DNA of 64,000 nucleotides, taken from NCBI GenBank assembly GCA_041665505.1, contig JBAYIR010000002.1, positions 11,602-75,601 on the forward strand, given 5' to 3'. The first letter of the stretch is position 1; each line of letters opens with the position of its first letter. Shown here piece after piece: positions 9,478 through 18,257 of this stretch. The notes under the pieces were generated by a model. The model was not told the DNA's origin, did not search any database, and saw only the letters and a program-made list of their open reading frames with translations. The position numbers were made by a program, and so were the translations under genes. Source of the DNA: Patescibacteria group bacterium (lineage in GTDB: Bacteria > Patescibacteriota > Patescibacteriia > UBA1558 > GWA2-36-10).

Positions 9478-9593
9478 GATAGATAATTATAAATTAGTTA
9501 GTCAATTTTATTAATAAACTTATAATTCTATTATATCAAAAAACCGCCTAGGAGGCGATTATTTTAATCCTTAACCCCTTACGAGGAGCTAGA

Positions 9594-9835
9594 TTGACAA
9601 ATAATACAATAAAAGGTAATAATAAGCTATTAATCGTACCTTTCTAAGGTTTTAACGAATACTAAGCGTTTTGAAAGTATAAACGCAGTTTCGTAGGAAC
9701 CCCTTCTGATTGGAGGTAAGCCTTGGGACAGAGGCGACTTTACCTCATTGATACTGTGCTCCGTGGTGTGTATCGGAGTATAAATAGGCTGGATAGCAAT
9801 CGAAAGACTACTCTCCAGTCTTTTGCTTTTTAAGC
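9594..9835 (+). ncRNA. Candidate structured small RNA or cis-regulatory leader of unknown class
   Basis: GC-enriched non-coding segment. TTGACA (9594-9599) lies 17 nt upstream of TAATAA. Five consecutive hairpins follow, including the 14-bp composite ACGAAUACUAAGCGUUU...AAACGCAGUUUCGU, the GAGGTAAGCC...TTACCTC hairpin and CTCCG...CGGAG. The last hairpin (AAAGACT...AGTCTTT) is followed by TTTTGCTTTTT. There is no ORF of 12 aa or more. Confidence 0.35.
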
Positions 9836-9898
9836 TAGCTTATTTTAAAACACAATCTATGTTAGTATTATATTATAAAAAATTCCTACAATAAATTT

Positions 9899-11134
9899 AT
9901 GCATATAGCAATAATTGGTGGTGGCGCAGCTGGTATGATGGCAGCGGCTACTATAGCTGAAAACAATCCAAAAGCAAAGATTTCTTTGATTGAGAGAAAT
10001 GACTCACTGGGTAAAAAAGTTATTATCTCTGGTGGTGGCAGATGTAATGTCACAACTGGTATTGAAGATATTAAAATTGTCTTGGAAAAATATCCTCGCG
10101 GTAGTAAATTCTTAAACTCCGCTATGCACCGTTTTCCGCCAGCCCTTGTAAAAAATTGGTTTGAAGAGCACGGTGTGCCTCTAAAGTGTGAAGATGATAT
10201 GCGAGTTTTTCCAGTCTCCAATCAAGGTAAAGATATAGTCAAAGTTTTTGAAAAAATATTAGCTAAGAGTAAAAATCAAATACTATTTAAACACTCTGTC
10301 ACAAAAATTGAAAAAAAAGATAAGCAATTCATTATTCATTTTAAAGAACAAAAAGCTCTAAGTGCCGACAAAGTGATTTTGACTTTAGGCGGACAAGCTT
10401 ATAGACAGACTGGCTCAACTGGTGATGGCTACACTTTAGCTGAAAGTCTTGGACACCATATAAGTAATTTAGCTCCTAGCTTGAGCTCACTGGTCACCAA
10501 AGAGACTTGGCCTAGCGCTGTCTCTGGCTTATCATTTGTAAACAGCCAATTCAAAGCCCAAGGTGAAAAAAAATATGAATTTAGTGGGCCTTTTGTTTTT
10601 ACCCATTGGGGTATCAGTGGCCCAGCAGTTTTTGCTCTATCATCTCTGATTGCTTTTGAAAAGTTTAGCGCTGAAAAACCACTAAAAATTTATTTGGATC
10701 TCCTGCCCGATTTATCACTGGATAAAGTCCTTGAAAAAATAAAAAACTTTACTTTATCTGAACCTAAAAAAATATTCAAATACGCTATTCATCAAGCCAT
10801 ACCATTGTCTTTAGCTAGTGTCGCTTTAAAACAATTGGCTATTAGTGAAAAAAAGAAAAATAGCGAAATCAGCAAAGCCGAATTACAAAGAGTGAGCTCT
10901 TGGCTAAAAAATCTACCATTGACTATAGTCAATCGTCGAGCTGGAGACGAATTTGTCACCGCCGGTGGTGTATCTTTGACTGAGGTTAATCCTAGCACTA
11001 TGCAATCAAAAGTTTGCCCAAATCTATATTTTGCTGGGGAGATACTAGATATTGATGGCTATACTGGTGGTTTTAATTTACAAGCAGCCTGGGCTACTGG
11101 TCGCTTGGCTGGCATGGCTAGTAGTGTAAAGTAG
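9899..11134 (+). CDS. HI0933-family NAD(P)/FAD-dependent oxidoreductase (BaiN/YhiN-like flavoprotein)
   Basis: N-terminal IAIIGGGAAGMMAA dinucleotide-binding motif; GGGRCNVTT; C-terminal FAGEILDIDGYTGGFNLQAAWATG. Confidence 0.8.
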   Translation: MHIAIIGGGAAGMMAAATIAENNPKAKISLIERNDSLGKKVIISGGGRCNVTTGIEDIKIVLEKYPRGSKFLNSAMHRFPPALVKNWFEEHGVPLKCEDDMRVFPVSNQGKDIVKVFEKILAKSKNQILFKHSVTKIEKKDKQFIIHFKEQKALSADKVILTLGGQAYRQTGSTGDGYTLAESLGHHISNLAPSLSSLVTKETWPSAVSGLSFVNSQFKAQGEKKYEFSGPFVFTHWGISGPAVFALSSLIAFEKFSAEKPLKIYLDLLPDLSLDKVLEKIKNFTLSEPKKIFKYAIHQAIPLSLASVALKQLAISEKKKNSEISKAELQRVSSWLKNLPLTIVNRRAGDEFVTAGGVSLTEVNPSTMQSKVCPNLYFAGEILDIDGYTGGFNLQAAWATGRLAGMASSVK

Positions 11135-11156
11135 GATAAAAAAAATTATTTTAATT

Positions 11157-11186
11157 TAAAAACCGGTCTTAGTAGATCGGTTTTTT
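11157..11186. terminator. Bidirectional terminator, second copy of the AAAAACCGGTC...GATCGGTTTTTT hairpin
   Basis: Same stem as at 5888-5917 with a different loop; lies between convergent genes. Confidence 0.5.
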
Positions 11187-11189
11187 GTT

Positions 11190-11684
11190 TTATAGCTTAG
11201 TTATAATCTCTAATCTTATTACACTTTCCAAATCCTCTTCTCCGTGTTTTATATGGACAATACTTAAGTTAGATTTTTTTATTATCTCATTTACAAAATT
11301 ATCTCTTTTTATTCTGCCGGCTTTTTGATGCGTCCATCCATCATATTCTATAGCTAGTACTGGCTCTAAATATTGTTTTTTAAAAATTACAAAATCTATT
11401 GTTTTTCTATTAATCTTATTTTGATAATACCAAAATCTATTCTTATCCCTAACATTCAAAATACTACTAATCACTATCTGCGGATAACAGACATATTCTG
11501 GGGGTAATAAAGTTTGTAAAATTTCAAAAAAATGCCTTTCTGGAATATTTAAAAGATATTCTTTTTTAAAATAATTATTATCGTCTTCTTTGTTAGCTTC
11601 TTCAAATTTTTCTTTTGTGCTAGCGGCTTTAATAGCTACTCCTATTATCCAAATTACTAACAATAATAAAATGATTTTTGTCAT
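11190..11684 (-). CDS. DUF2726 domain protein (PD-(D/E)xK / Vsr-like endonuclease fold) with an N-terminal TM anchor
   Basis: IDFVIFKKQYLEPVLAIEYDGWTHQ matches the DUF2726/DUF559-type D...E.DG..H core. Confidence 0.55.
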   Translation of the reverse strand: MTKIILLLLVIWIIGVAIKAASTKEKFEEANKEDDNNYFKKEYLLNIPERHFFEILQTLLPPEYVCYPQIVISSILNVRDKNRFWYYQNKINRKTIDFVIFKKQYLEPVLAIEYDGWTHQKAGRIKRDNFVNEIIKKSNLSIVHIKHGEEDLESVIRLEIITKL

Positions 11685-11790
11685 ACTTTTTTATTATGTC
11701 TCATTTTTTAATGATCTATAGGCCAACTTCTTCTCTACTATTTTTTAATCTATTTTTACTTATAACGACATAATAAAAAAGTATATAAAA

Positions 11791-12525
11791 CTAGGGTATA
11801 TAATTAATTATCTCCTTATAAAAATATCCATAACTATCCACTTTTCCTCTACCGGCAAGATCTATATAATCTTCTTTTGTTATATTACCAACAATCTTAT
11901 TACAGATATCTCGATCCTTATTATAATTAACGCCTACTGAAGCTAATATCCTTTTAACTTCATTAGCTGGCTTATTACATTGTTTTTCAGCATCAATATT
12001 TTCTAGATCTAAACCAAATTTTGTCTTTATATGATCCACTGTTAATTTTTTATTTATCTTCTCAAAAAAATTATAAAGTCCTAGAAACCAAGACTCTATT
12101 TCCATGACAGCAAAAAATATTTTTACCTTTTTTTTATATTTAAGGGTCGCTATATTATTTTTGTTGGTGAGCAACATTTCTTCTATAGCACTTTTTTTAT
12201 CCATCCTACTAGTTAAAATATTATATTCTTCAGAATACATATCTCTTAAACCTAAGATATTATTGAAACCATTATTTATTAAATTCTCTCCCCTATTTTT
12301 AATAGCAGCAAACACTTTTTTATCACCACCTACATCCATTATTTGAAAAAGAATATCTACTCTGTCATTATCATTATGAGACCATGGTACTGATTTTGAA
12401 ACTCCACTACTAAGAAGTTCTATGCATCTTATCCCTATTTTATCATTAGGCATTACCTTAAGTAAAAGATCTCTAACAAAAATCAATTCCGTTTGCCCCT
12501 CCACAAAAATAGCTATCTTTTTCAT
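11791..12525 (-). CDS. DUF4276 family protein (TOPRIM-like, OLD-nuclease-like partner of the upstream ATPase)
   Basis: N-terminal KIAIFVEGQTELIFV (TOPRIM-type Glu), IMDVGGD (DxD-like) and a C-terminal EIESW motif; 9-nt gap from the upstream ATPase. Confidence 0.55.
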   Translation of the reverse strand: MKKIAIFVEGQTELIFVRDLLLKVMPNDKIGIRCIELLSSGVSKSVPWSHNDNDRVDILFQIMDVGGDKKVFAAIKNRGENLINNGFNNILGLRDMYSEEYNILTSRMDKKSAIEEMLLTNKNNIATLKYKKKVKIFFAVMEIESWFLGLYNFFEKINKKLTVDHIKTKFGLDLENIDAEKQCNKPANEVKRILASVGVNYNKDRDICNKIVGNITKEDYIDLAGRGKVDSYGYFYKEIINYIP

Positions 12526-12534
12526 CTATGTGCA

Positions 12535-13629
12535 CTATTTATTTATAAAATTGGAGGTAAATAAATCTAGATTACTTAATCCTGAAGAATAAAACTTATC
12601 AAACTCTTCTTTATTTTTTTTATAATTATATGATTTCGTAATACTACCAACTCTATATATTATGTTCCAATATTTAACTTCAACGCTATTTATCAAAAAA
12701 TAATCATTAGAAGTAAAAATAAAATTAAACTTATATTTATCTACTTTATCAAATAAGAGTTTTAATAATTTAGACGACCTATCATAATCTAACCCCTCTG
12801 AGAGGTTATCAACTAAAAATAATTCCTCGCTAATATTATTTTGTACCATATATTGCACATAAATGATCAAAGCTAAGGCTCTATACATTCCATCGGATAA
12901 ATATTCTTGAGAAATTGGATGTTCTAATCCCTTTTCCTTCACGAATAAAAACTTAAACTCCCTTGGAATTCCTGGCAAAAATTCAGAATACATACTCTCT
13001 AAATCATATCCTAATTTGTTAAAATCTTTCACAACTTCTTTTATGGATTTTGGATTGAGCTCATTCACAATACTTGGAACAATATTTAAACTATCGAGCC
13101 TATTATTCTGTGGTAATATTATAGTTTTAGCACTAGTGTTACCAAAGTCTAAGCCATGTGTGCCTTCTGCCCAATTAATAAGTTCCTCAAGAAACGGATA
13201 CTCTTTCTCATCCCTTCTGACTTGTATTGTAAGTTTATCTACTGGAGGATTTATATCTACTTCATTACCACCAACTATTTTTATCCTAGCCTTATTCTTT
13301 GATCTAATAAGTAATGGCTCTTTATTAATATATAATTCCTCTTTATCTATCTTCCCATCCTTTATATGTAAATTATATTTAAAAATTTTGTCTTTCTCCA
13401 AAATAAATTCTGCAAACCACTCATTATCTTTAATTTTATTATAAGTGAATTCACCTCTAATAATTTTGGCCAGATTATTTATAATATTAATAATTCTAGT
13501 TTTACCACTAGCATTTTTGCCTACTAATAAAATTTTATCCCCTAATTGGAGCTCTTCTAGCTCCCAAACATTTTTCTCTTTTGAAAAATATAAGTTTTCC
13601 TTAAAACTTAATGTTTTTAATTTCATCAT
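12535..13629 (-). CDS. ABC/AAA_21-type ATPase (SMC/OLD-like), first gene of a two-gene ATPase plus TOPRIM module
   Basis: Walker A VGKNASGKT; ABC signature-like LSDGMYRALALI; Walker B-like LFLVDNLSEGLD. Confidence 0.65.
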   Translation of the reverse strand: MMKLKTLSFKENLYFSKEKNVWELEELQLGDKILLVGKNASGKTRIINIINNLAKIIRGEFTYNKIKDNEWFAEFILEKDKIFKYNLHIKDGKIDKEELYINKEPLLIRSKNKARIKIVGGNEVDINPPVDKLTIQVRRDEKEYPFLEELINWAEGTHGLDFGNTSAKTIILPQNNRLDSLNIVPSIVNELNPKSIKEVVKDFNKLGYDLESMYSEFLPGIPREFKFLFVKEKGLEHPISQEYLSDGMYRALALIIYVQYMVQNNISEELFLVDNLSEGLDYDRSSKLLKLLFDKVDKYKFNFIFTSNDYFLINSVEVKYWNIIYRVGSITKSYNYKKNKEEFDKFYSSGLSNLDLFTSNFINK

Positions 13630-13724
13630 ATTATTATATTATAACAAGTATACAAAAATATACAAACTATTTAATATATTAAACAATAATTTTTCTAATA
13701 CGTCAATAAATTAACCTAAATCCT

Positions 13725-13753
13725 TGACATTTCCCCCAAAATATAGTATTATC
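13725..13753 (+). promoter_or_regulatory. Sigma-70-type promoter for typA (TTGACA-17nt-TATTAT)
   Basis: Perfect -35 (13725-13730), 17-nt spacer and -10 TATTAT (13748-13753). The predicted TSS is about 7 nt downstream, which coincides with the typA ATG at 13760. Confidence 0.5.
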
Positions 13754-13759
13754 TGCTTT

Positions 13760-15541
13760 ATGCAAATAAGAAATATCGCAATTATCGCTCACGTTGACCA
13801 TGGTAAGACTGCTTTGACTGATGCCATCTTAAAACAAACTGGCATGGTTTCAGATGAAAATGTCACTATGGATTCCAACGCTCTGGAAAAAGAGCGTGGT
13901 ATTACTATTTATTCCAAAAATGCTTCTATATTATACAAAGATACCAAGATAAATATTGTGGATACTCCTGGTCATGCTGACTTTGGAAGTGAAGTAGAGC
14001 GAGTGCTCAGATCAATTGACAGTGTCTTACTAGTTGTAGATGCTCAAGAAGGTCCAATGCCTCAAACTAGATTTGTATTAAAGAAATCTCTAGAGCTAGG
14101 ACTCAAACCAATTGTGATACTCAACAAAATAGACAAGCCAGCCGCCAATCCTCACAAAGCTCATGAAGAAGTTTTTGAATTGTTTATGGATCTGGGAGCG
14201 ACTGATGAACAGTTGGATTTTACCACTGTCTATGCTATTGCCAAAAACGGTGTAGCCAAAAGATATTTGACCGATGAGGACAAAGATATTTTTCCTTTAC
14301 TTGATACCATACTAGAAAAAGTCCCGGCTGCTCAGACAGACGCCTCTGCTCCACTACGTTGTCAGGCTTTCAATCTGGCCTATGACAATTTCCTAGGACG
14401 TATTGCTATTGCTAGAATATATGAAGGCACGCTCAAAGCGGCTGCCAATCTAACAGTCAAAAAAATAGATGGCACTAGTGAGACTGGTCGAGTGACCAAA
14501 CTCTTTACCTTCCAAGGACTAGAAAGAAAAGAAACTGATGAGGCAATAGCTGGAGATATTGTGATGATTGCTGGTTTTCCCAAAATTGATATTGGTGAGA
14601 CACTCTGTCTAAATGCCGAACAAGTTGCTCTCCCAGCTATCACAGTGGACGAGCCTACAATATCTTTGGATTTTTTGGTAAACAATTCTCCTCTAGCTGG
14701 AAGAGAAGGTAAATATGTAACCAGTAAACAAATCAAAGAACGTCTAGAGAAAGAACTAGAAGTAAATGTCGGTATGAAGATTGATTTTACTGGTGAATTT
14801 TTCAAAGTCTATAGTCGCGGTGAACTTCACGCTGCCATACTTATAGAAACTATGCGCCGTGAAGGTTATGAGCTACAAGTATCTCAACCAAAAGTTATTA
14901 TTGAAGAACGTGATGGCAAAAAATTTGAACCATTTGAAGAAGTAACTATTGATGTTCCAGAAGTAAGCTCTGGTATAGTGATGGAAAAGATGGGTAAAAG
15001 AAAAGGTATCATCACTTCTATGAAAACTGAAAACGGCCAAATGCGTTTGGTATTTGAAATGCCAACTAGAGGTCTGCTTGGTTATCGTGGTGAATTTACC
15101 GTCGATACACGAGGTGAAGGAATCCTGTGCTCACACTTTCTAGAATATCGTCCTTATACTGGAGAAATCAAAAAACGAAATGTTGGTTCTATGATTTCTA
15201 TGGCTACTGGTAAAGCATTAGGTTTTTCATTATTCAATCTCCAAGAACGTGGTGATTTATATATCGGACCAAACGTAGAAGTCTACGAAGGCATGGTCAT
15301 TGGTAATACTGCTAAAGGCTATGATATGGTCGTTAATCCTATTAAAGGTAAACAGCTCTCCAATATGCGCTCTTCTGGTGCTGATGAAGCTATTGCTCTG
15401 ACTCCTCCTAATATATTGACTATTGAAACCGGCCTAGAGACTATAGCTGAAGATGAATATTTAGAAGTCACTCCTCATAATGTCAGGCTGAGAAAACAAG
15501 GCTTAACTGAAAATGATAGAAAGAAAAGTACTAGAATATAA
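13760..15541 (+). CDS. typA: Translational GTPase TypA/BipA
   Basis: MQIRNIAIIAHVDHGKT G1 motif, DTPGHADF, NKID; EF-G-like domain order. The track start at 13724 is a TTG inside the promoter -35, so the true start is taken as the ATG at 13760. Confidence 0.9.
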   Translation: MQIRNIAIIAHVDHGKTALTDAILKQTGMVSDENVTMDSNALEKERGITIYSKNASILYKDTKINIVDTPGHADFGSEVERVLRSIDSVLLVVDAQEGPMPQTRFVLKKSLELGLKPIVILNKIDKPAANPHKAHEEVFELFMDLGATDEQLDFTTVYAIAKNGVAKRYLTDEDKDIFPLLDTILEKVPAAQTDASAPLRCQAFNLAYDNFLGRIAIARIYEGTLKAAANLTVKKIDGTSETGRVTKLFTFQGLERKETDEAIAGDIVMIAGFPKIDIGETLCLNAEQVALPAITVDEPTISLDFLVNNSPLAGREGKYVTSKQIKERLEKELEVNVGMKIDFTGEFFKVYSRGELHAAILIETMRREGYELQVSQPKVIIEERDGKKFEPFEEVTIDVPEVSSGIVMEKMGKRKGIITSMKTENGQMRLVFEMPTRGLLGYRGEFTVDTRGEGILCSHFLEYRPYTGEIKKRNVGSMISMATGKALGFSLFNLQERGDLYIGPNVEVYEGMVIGNTAKGYDMVVNPIKGKQLSNMRSSGADEAIALTPPNILTIETGLETIAEDEYLEVTPHNVRLRKQGLTENDRKKSTRI

Positions 15542-15549
15542 AGATAAAA

Positions 15550-15580
15550 ACACCCATTCGACTAGAATGGGTGTTTTTTG
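15550..15580 (+). terminator. Rho-independent terminator after typA (ACACCCATTCGACTAGAATGGGTGTTTTTTG)
   Basis: 7-8-bp stem plus T6; a near-identical copy lies at 16657-16687. Confidence 0.65.
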
Positions 15581-16642
15581 TTTGATTTTCAATTATTTCT
15601 ATGCTATTTTATCCATATGGATTTGGATAAATATCTACAACAAGAATTAGAAAATTGTGGCCTATATGAGCTGACTGAGGCAGACAATCAAATGCTACAA
15701 GAGCAAGGTCTGTTGGAATTTATATTTTCAAAAGTAAGTAGCAAAAAATTTAGGAAATGGAAAATAAGTGATGAAACAAGTCAACAAATTAAGGAAGCTA
15801 TTAAGATAAATATAACAAATAATACTCCCATTAAATTTACTTTTCCTTTTGGTGGCTACAAACTATGGTCTATGCCTTCTGCTCCAGAGGTAGATTGGGC
15901 AGAATTTTTTATGATTTCCTATTATTGTAAATATCTAGCACCTATTGCTAAGGTCTATCAACCAGGTGTTCATTTTAGATTTTCTAGCGATGATATAATC
16001 ATCTGCCAAATGAATAATGTCCCTACAGAAGATACAGAAAAGTATTTTAAATCTTTTAATATTTTACTAGCCAATTTCAAAAAATTTTTACCCCCTAATC
16101 TACGGCTAGAAATAGTACGTGTAGCTGATATGTATTCTAATGCCGAAGAATACCAAAATGAACTAAATATCAAAATTTTAGAACAAACACAAAAATATAA
16201 TAATTTGAGTGAGGCCGATAAAGAAAGGATGCTCATTATGTCAAAATTAAATATAAAATTTCAGGGTGTGGAAGATTGGACAAAATTATCTAAGCTGGAA
16301 CAAGAAGCAAAAATAAAGCAAGGAGTTATTTTACACAATGCTCATTGTGACGTCAGTAAGCGTAGAAGCTTTGTACGTTCACAAGACAATGTCACAGTTT
16401 TCAGTACACCTATCAACAGAGCCGTGGCTATAGGAACTACTAGATCATCAGTGGCAAAATTTTGGGCTGGTTTCGGTGTCCTACAAAATAAAGATAATAG
16501 CTATAGTAATAAAATCTTATCCCCTACTCAATTAGCCGAAGCTAATAAAGGAGAATATAAAACCTTTGATATATCATTAATTCCTCTAGATAATTTCAAA
16601 AAAATTAGAGTTTACGACCAAACGCTTAATTTTTCTAATTAA
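15578..16642 (+). CDS. Hypothetical protein (no recognisable family). The start is ambiguous: 15578 overlaps the terminator T-run, and the alternative Met is at 15617
   Basis: 354-aa ORF with even codon usage; bracketed by two copies of the same terminator hairpin. Confidence 0.5.
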   Translation: MFDFQLFLCYFIHMDLDKYLQQELENCGLYELTEADNQMLQEQGLLEFIFSKVSSKKFRKWKISDETSQQIKEAIKINITNNTPIKFTFPFGGYKLWSMPSAPEVDWAEFFMISYYCKYLAPIAKVYQPGVHFRFSSDDIIICQMNNVPTEDTEKYFKSFNILLANFKKFLPPNLRLEIVRVADMYSNAEEYQNELNIKILEQTQKYNNLSEADKERMLIMSKLNIKFQGVEDWTKLSKLEQEAKIKQGVILHNAHCDVSKRRSFVRSQDNVTVFSTPINRAVAIGTTRSSVAKFWAGFGVLQNKDNSYSNKILSPTQLAEANKGEYKTFDISLIPLDNFKKIRVYDQTLNFSN

Positions 16643-16656
16643 AATATAAACCCCCA

Positions 16657-16687
16657 ACACCCATTCGACTAGAGTGGGTGTTTTTTG
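16657..16687 (+). terminator. Rho-independent terminator, second copy of the ACACCCATTCGACTAGAGTGGGTGTTTTTTG hairpin
   Basis: Differs from the 15550 copy at 1 nt in the loop/stem. Confidence 0.6.
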
Positions 16688-16700
16688 ATATAATTGATTT

Positions 16701-17582
16701 ATGAAAATGTCTGGCAAGTATATACTAGCTACTATAATATTTACCGCCCTAACAGGTGGTGCTGTACCTGTATTTAGTAAAATAACTCTCGCCGAAATAC
16801 CACCACTTACCTTTACCTTTCTTCGTTTTGTAATAGCCACCCTTATCTTATTGCCATTTTATCTTAAAGTAAGGCAACCAATCGGAAAAGATTTTTGGAA
16901 AATATTTGGTTTATCTCTACTAGCGATGGGAAACGTTGTGTTTTTTTCTTTTGGTATCAAGCAAACCTCAGCTGGAATAGCTCAAGCCATATATACTCTA
17001 AGTCCTATACTAACGGCTATATTTGCTTACTTTATCATTAAAGAGCCTTTCAATACTAAAAAAATCACAGGTATAATACTAGGACTGGCCGGCGCGGCGT
17101 TAATTGTTTTGCTTCCATTATTAACTAATGACCTACCTATAAATTATCTAATTGGAAATATATTAATAATCATTGCTACTATCTCAATAACTATTTACAC
17201 AGTTTTATCTAAGCCTTTTCAAAGAAAATACCACCCTATAGAGATTACTACATTCTTTTCAATAACTACGGTGATAATTCTTTTTTTCTTGTCTATATTT
17301 GAACTATCAGGAAATACAAATTGGTGGCAAAATATATCATTACCTGGATTTTTAGGATTGCTATATGTGGGTTCTATTGGTACATCAATTTATTATCTAC
17401 TGACTCAATATATTATAAAACATACTAGCCCTGTATTAGCCTCAATGATTTTGTATATACAACCTTTCGCCGCTATACTATGGGCTTATTTATTTCTCAA
17501 AGAAACAATTTCTGCAATTTTTGTTATTGGAATTGTTCTGGTTTTAAGCGGAATCTGGCTGACTATAAACTCAAAAAAATAA
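16701..17582 (+). CDS. EamA/DMT-family transporter
   Basis: 293 aa, 10 TM, duplicated EamA halves. Confidence 0.7.
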   Translation: MKMSGKYILATIIFTALTGGAVPVFSKITLAEIPPLTFTFLRFVIATLILLPFYLKVRQPIGKDFWKIFGLSLLAMGNVVFFSFGIKQTSAGIAQAIYTLSPILTAIFAYFIIKEPFNTKKITGIILGLAGAALIVLLPLLTNDLPINYLIGNILIIIATISITIYTVLSKPFQRKYHPIEITTFFSITTVIILFFLSIFELSGNTNWWQNISLPGFLGLLYVGSIGTSIYYLLTQYIIKHTSPVLASMILYIQPFAAILWAYLFLKETISAIFVIGIVLVLSGIWLTINSKK

Positions 17583-17586
17583 TTTT

Positions 17587-18255
17587 ATGAAAGACATCAT
17601 CAATCCATTTCATTTAAACAACGAACCAATCAGTGCCTTAACTCACTTGATAGGTCTAGCCCTAGCTATGATTGCTATGATTGTCATGGTTATACTAGCT
17701 ATACTTAAAGGTACAGCTATGCATTTTGTTGGTTTTTCTATTTTTGGACTAAGTCTAGTGTTACTTTATACTTCTAGTTTTTTCTACCATATACTCCCCC
17801 AAGACACCAAAGTTAAAGAAATATCTCAAAGGATAGATCATGCTATGATATTTTTTTTGATTGCTGGATCCTACACACCAATCTGTCTGACCATTGATAA
17901 TCGCAAAGCTGGCTGGACATTGCTCATTACTATTTGGTCAATCTCTATTGTGGGAATGATTATCAAATCAATTGGTATAAAAATAAAGTCTTGGAAATCA
18001 ACTATAATTTATATTTTACTAGGCCTACTGATGCTAACCGCTATTTACCCCTTGAGGGAATGGCTATCTGCACCAGCTATGTTGTGGTTATTTGGTGGTG
18101 GTAGTCTTTATATTATTGGCGCCATATTTTATATCTGGGAAGATTATATGCCAAGACGCTATCGCTTTGATATGCATGAAATTTGGCATATTTTTGTTAT
18201 GCTCGGCAGTTTTAGCCATGTCTATTTGATGATAATATATATTTTATACCTATAA
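17587..18255 (+). CDS. Hemolysin-III / PAQR family membrane protein
   Basis: 222 aa, 7 TM; conserved His/Asp positions (SALTHLIG..., HILPQD, DHAMIFF, HEIWHIFV) typical of HlyIII/PAQR. Confidence 0.65.
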   Translation: MKDIINPFHLNNEPISALTHLIGLALAMIAMIVMVILAILKGTAMHFVGFSIFGLSLVLLYTSSFFYHILPQDTKVKEISQRIDHAMIFFLIAGSYTPICLTIDNRKAGWTLLITIWSISIVGMIIKSIGIKIKSWKSTIIYILLGLLMLTAIYPLREWLSAPAMLWLFGGGSLYIIGAIFYIWEDYMPRRYRFDMHEIWHIFVMLGSFSHVYLMIIYILYL

Positions 18256-18257
18256 AT

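Noticed and set aside
9478-9898. Attempts to call the structured intergenic element as tmRNA, RNase P RNA, SRP RNA or a known riboswitch
   Set aside because: No T-arm/CCA acceptor and no ANDENYALAA-like tag frame were found. P4-like strings (GGUAAAGUCGCC / GGCUUACC) pair locally rather than long-range. There is no GGAA-tetraloop/AGCAGC SRP motif. It is therefore left as an unclassified candidate.
13445-13714. 89-aa low-complexity plus ORF overlapping the ATPase start and the typA promoter region
   Set aside because: Hydrophobic shadow-frame composition (LIILARLFIILIILVL); overlaps the 5' end of a well-supported minus-strand gene.
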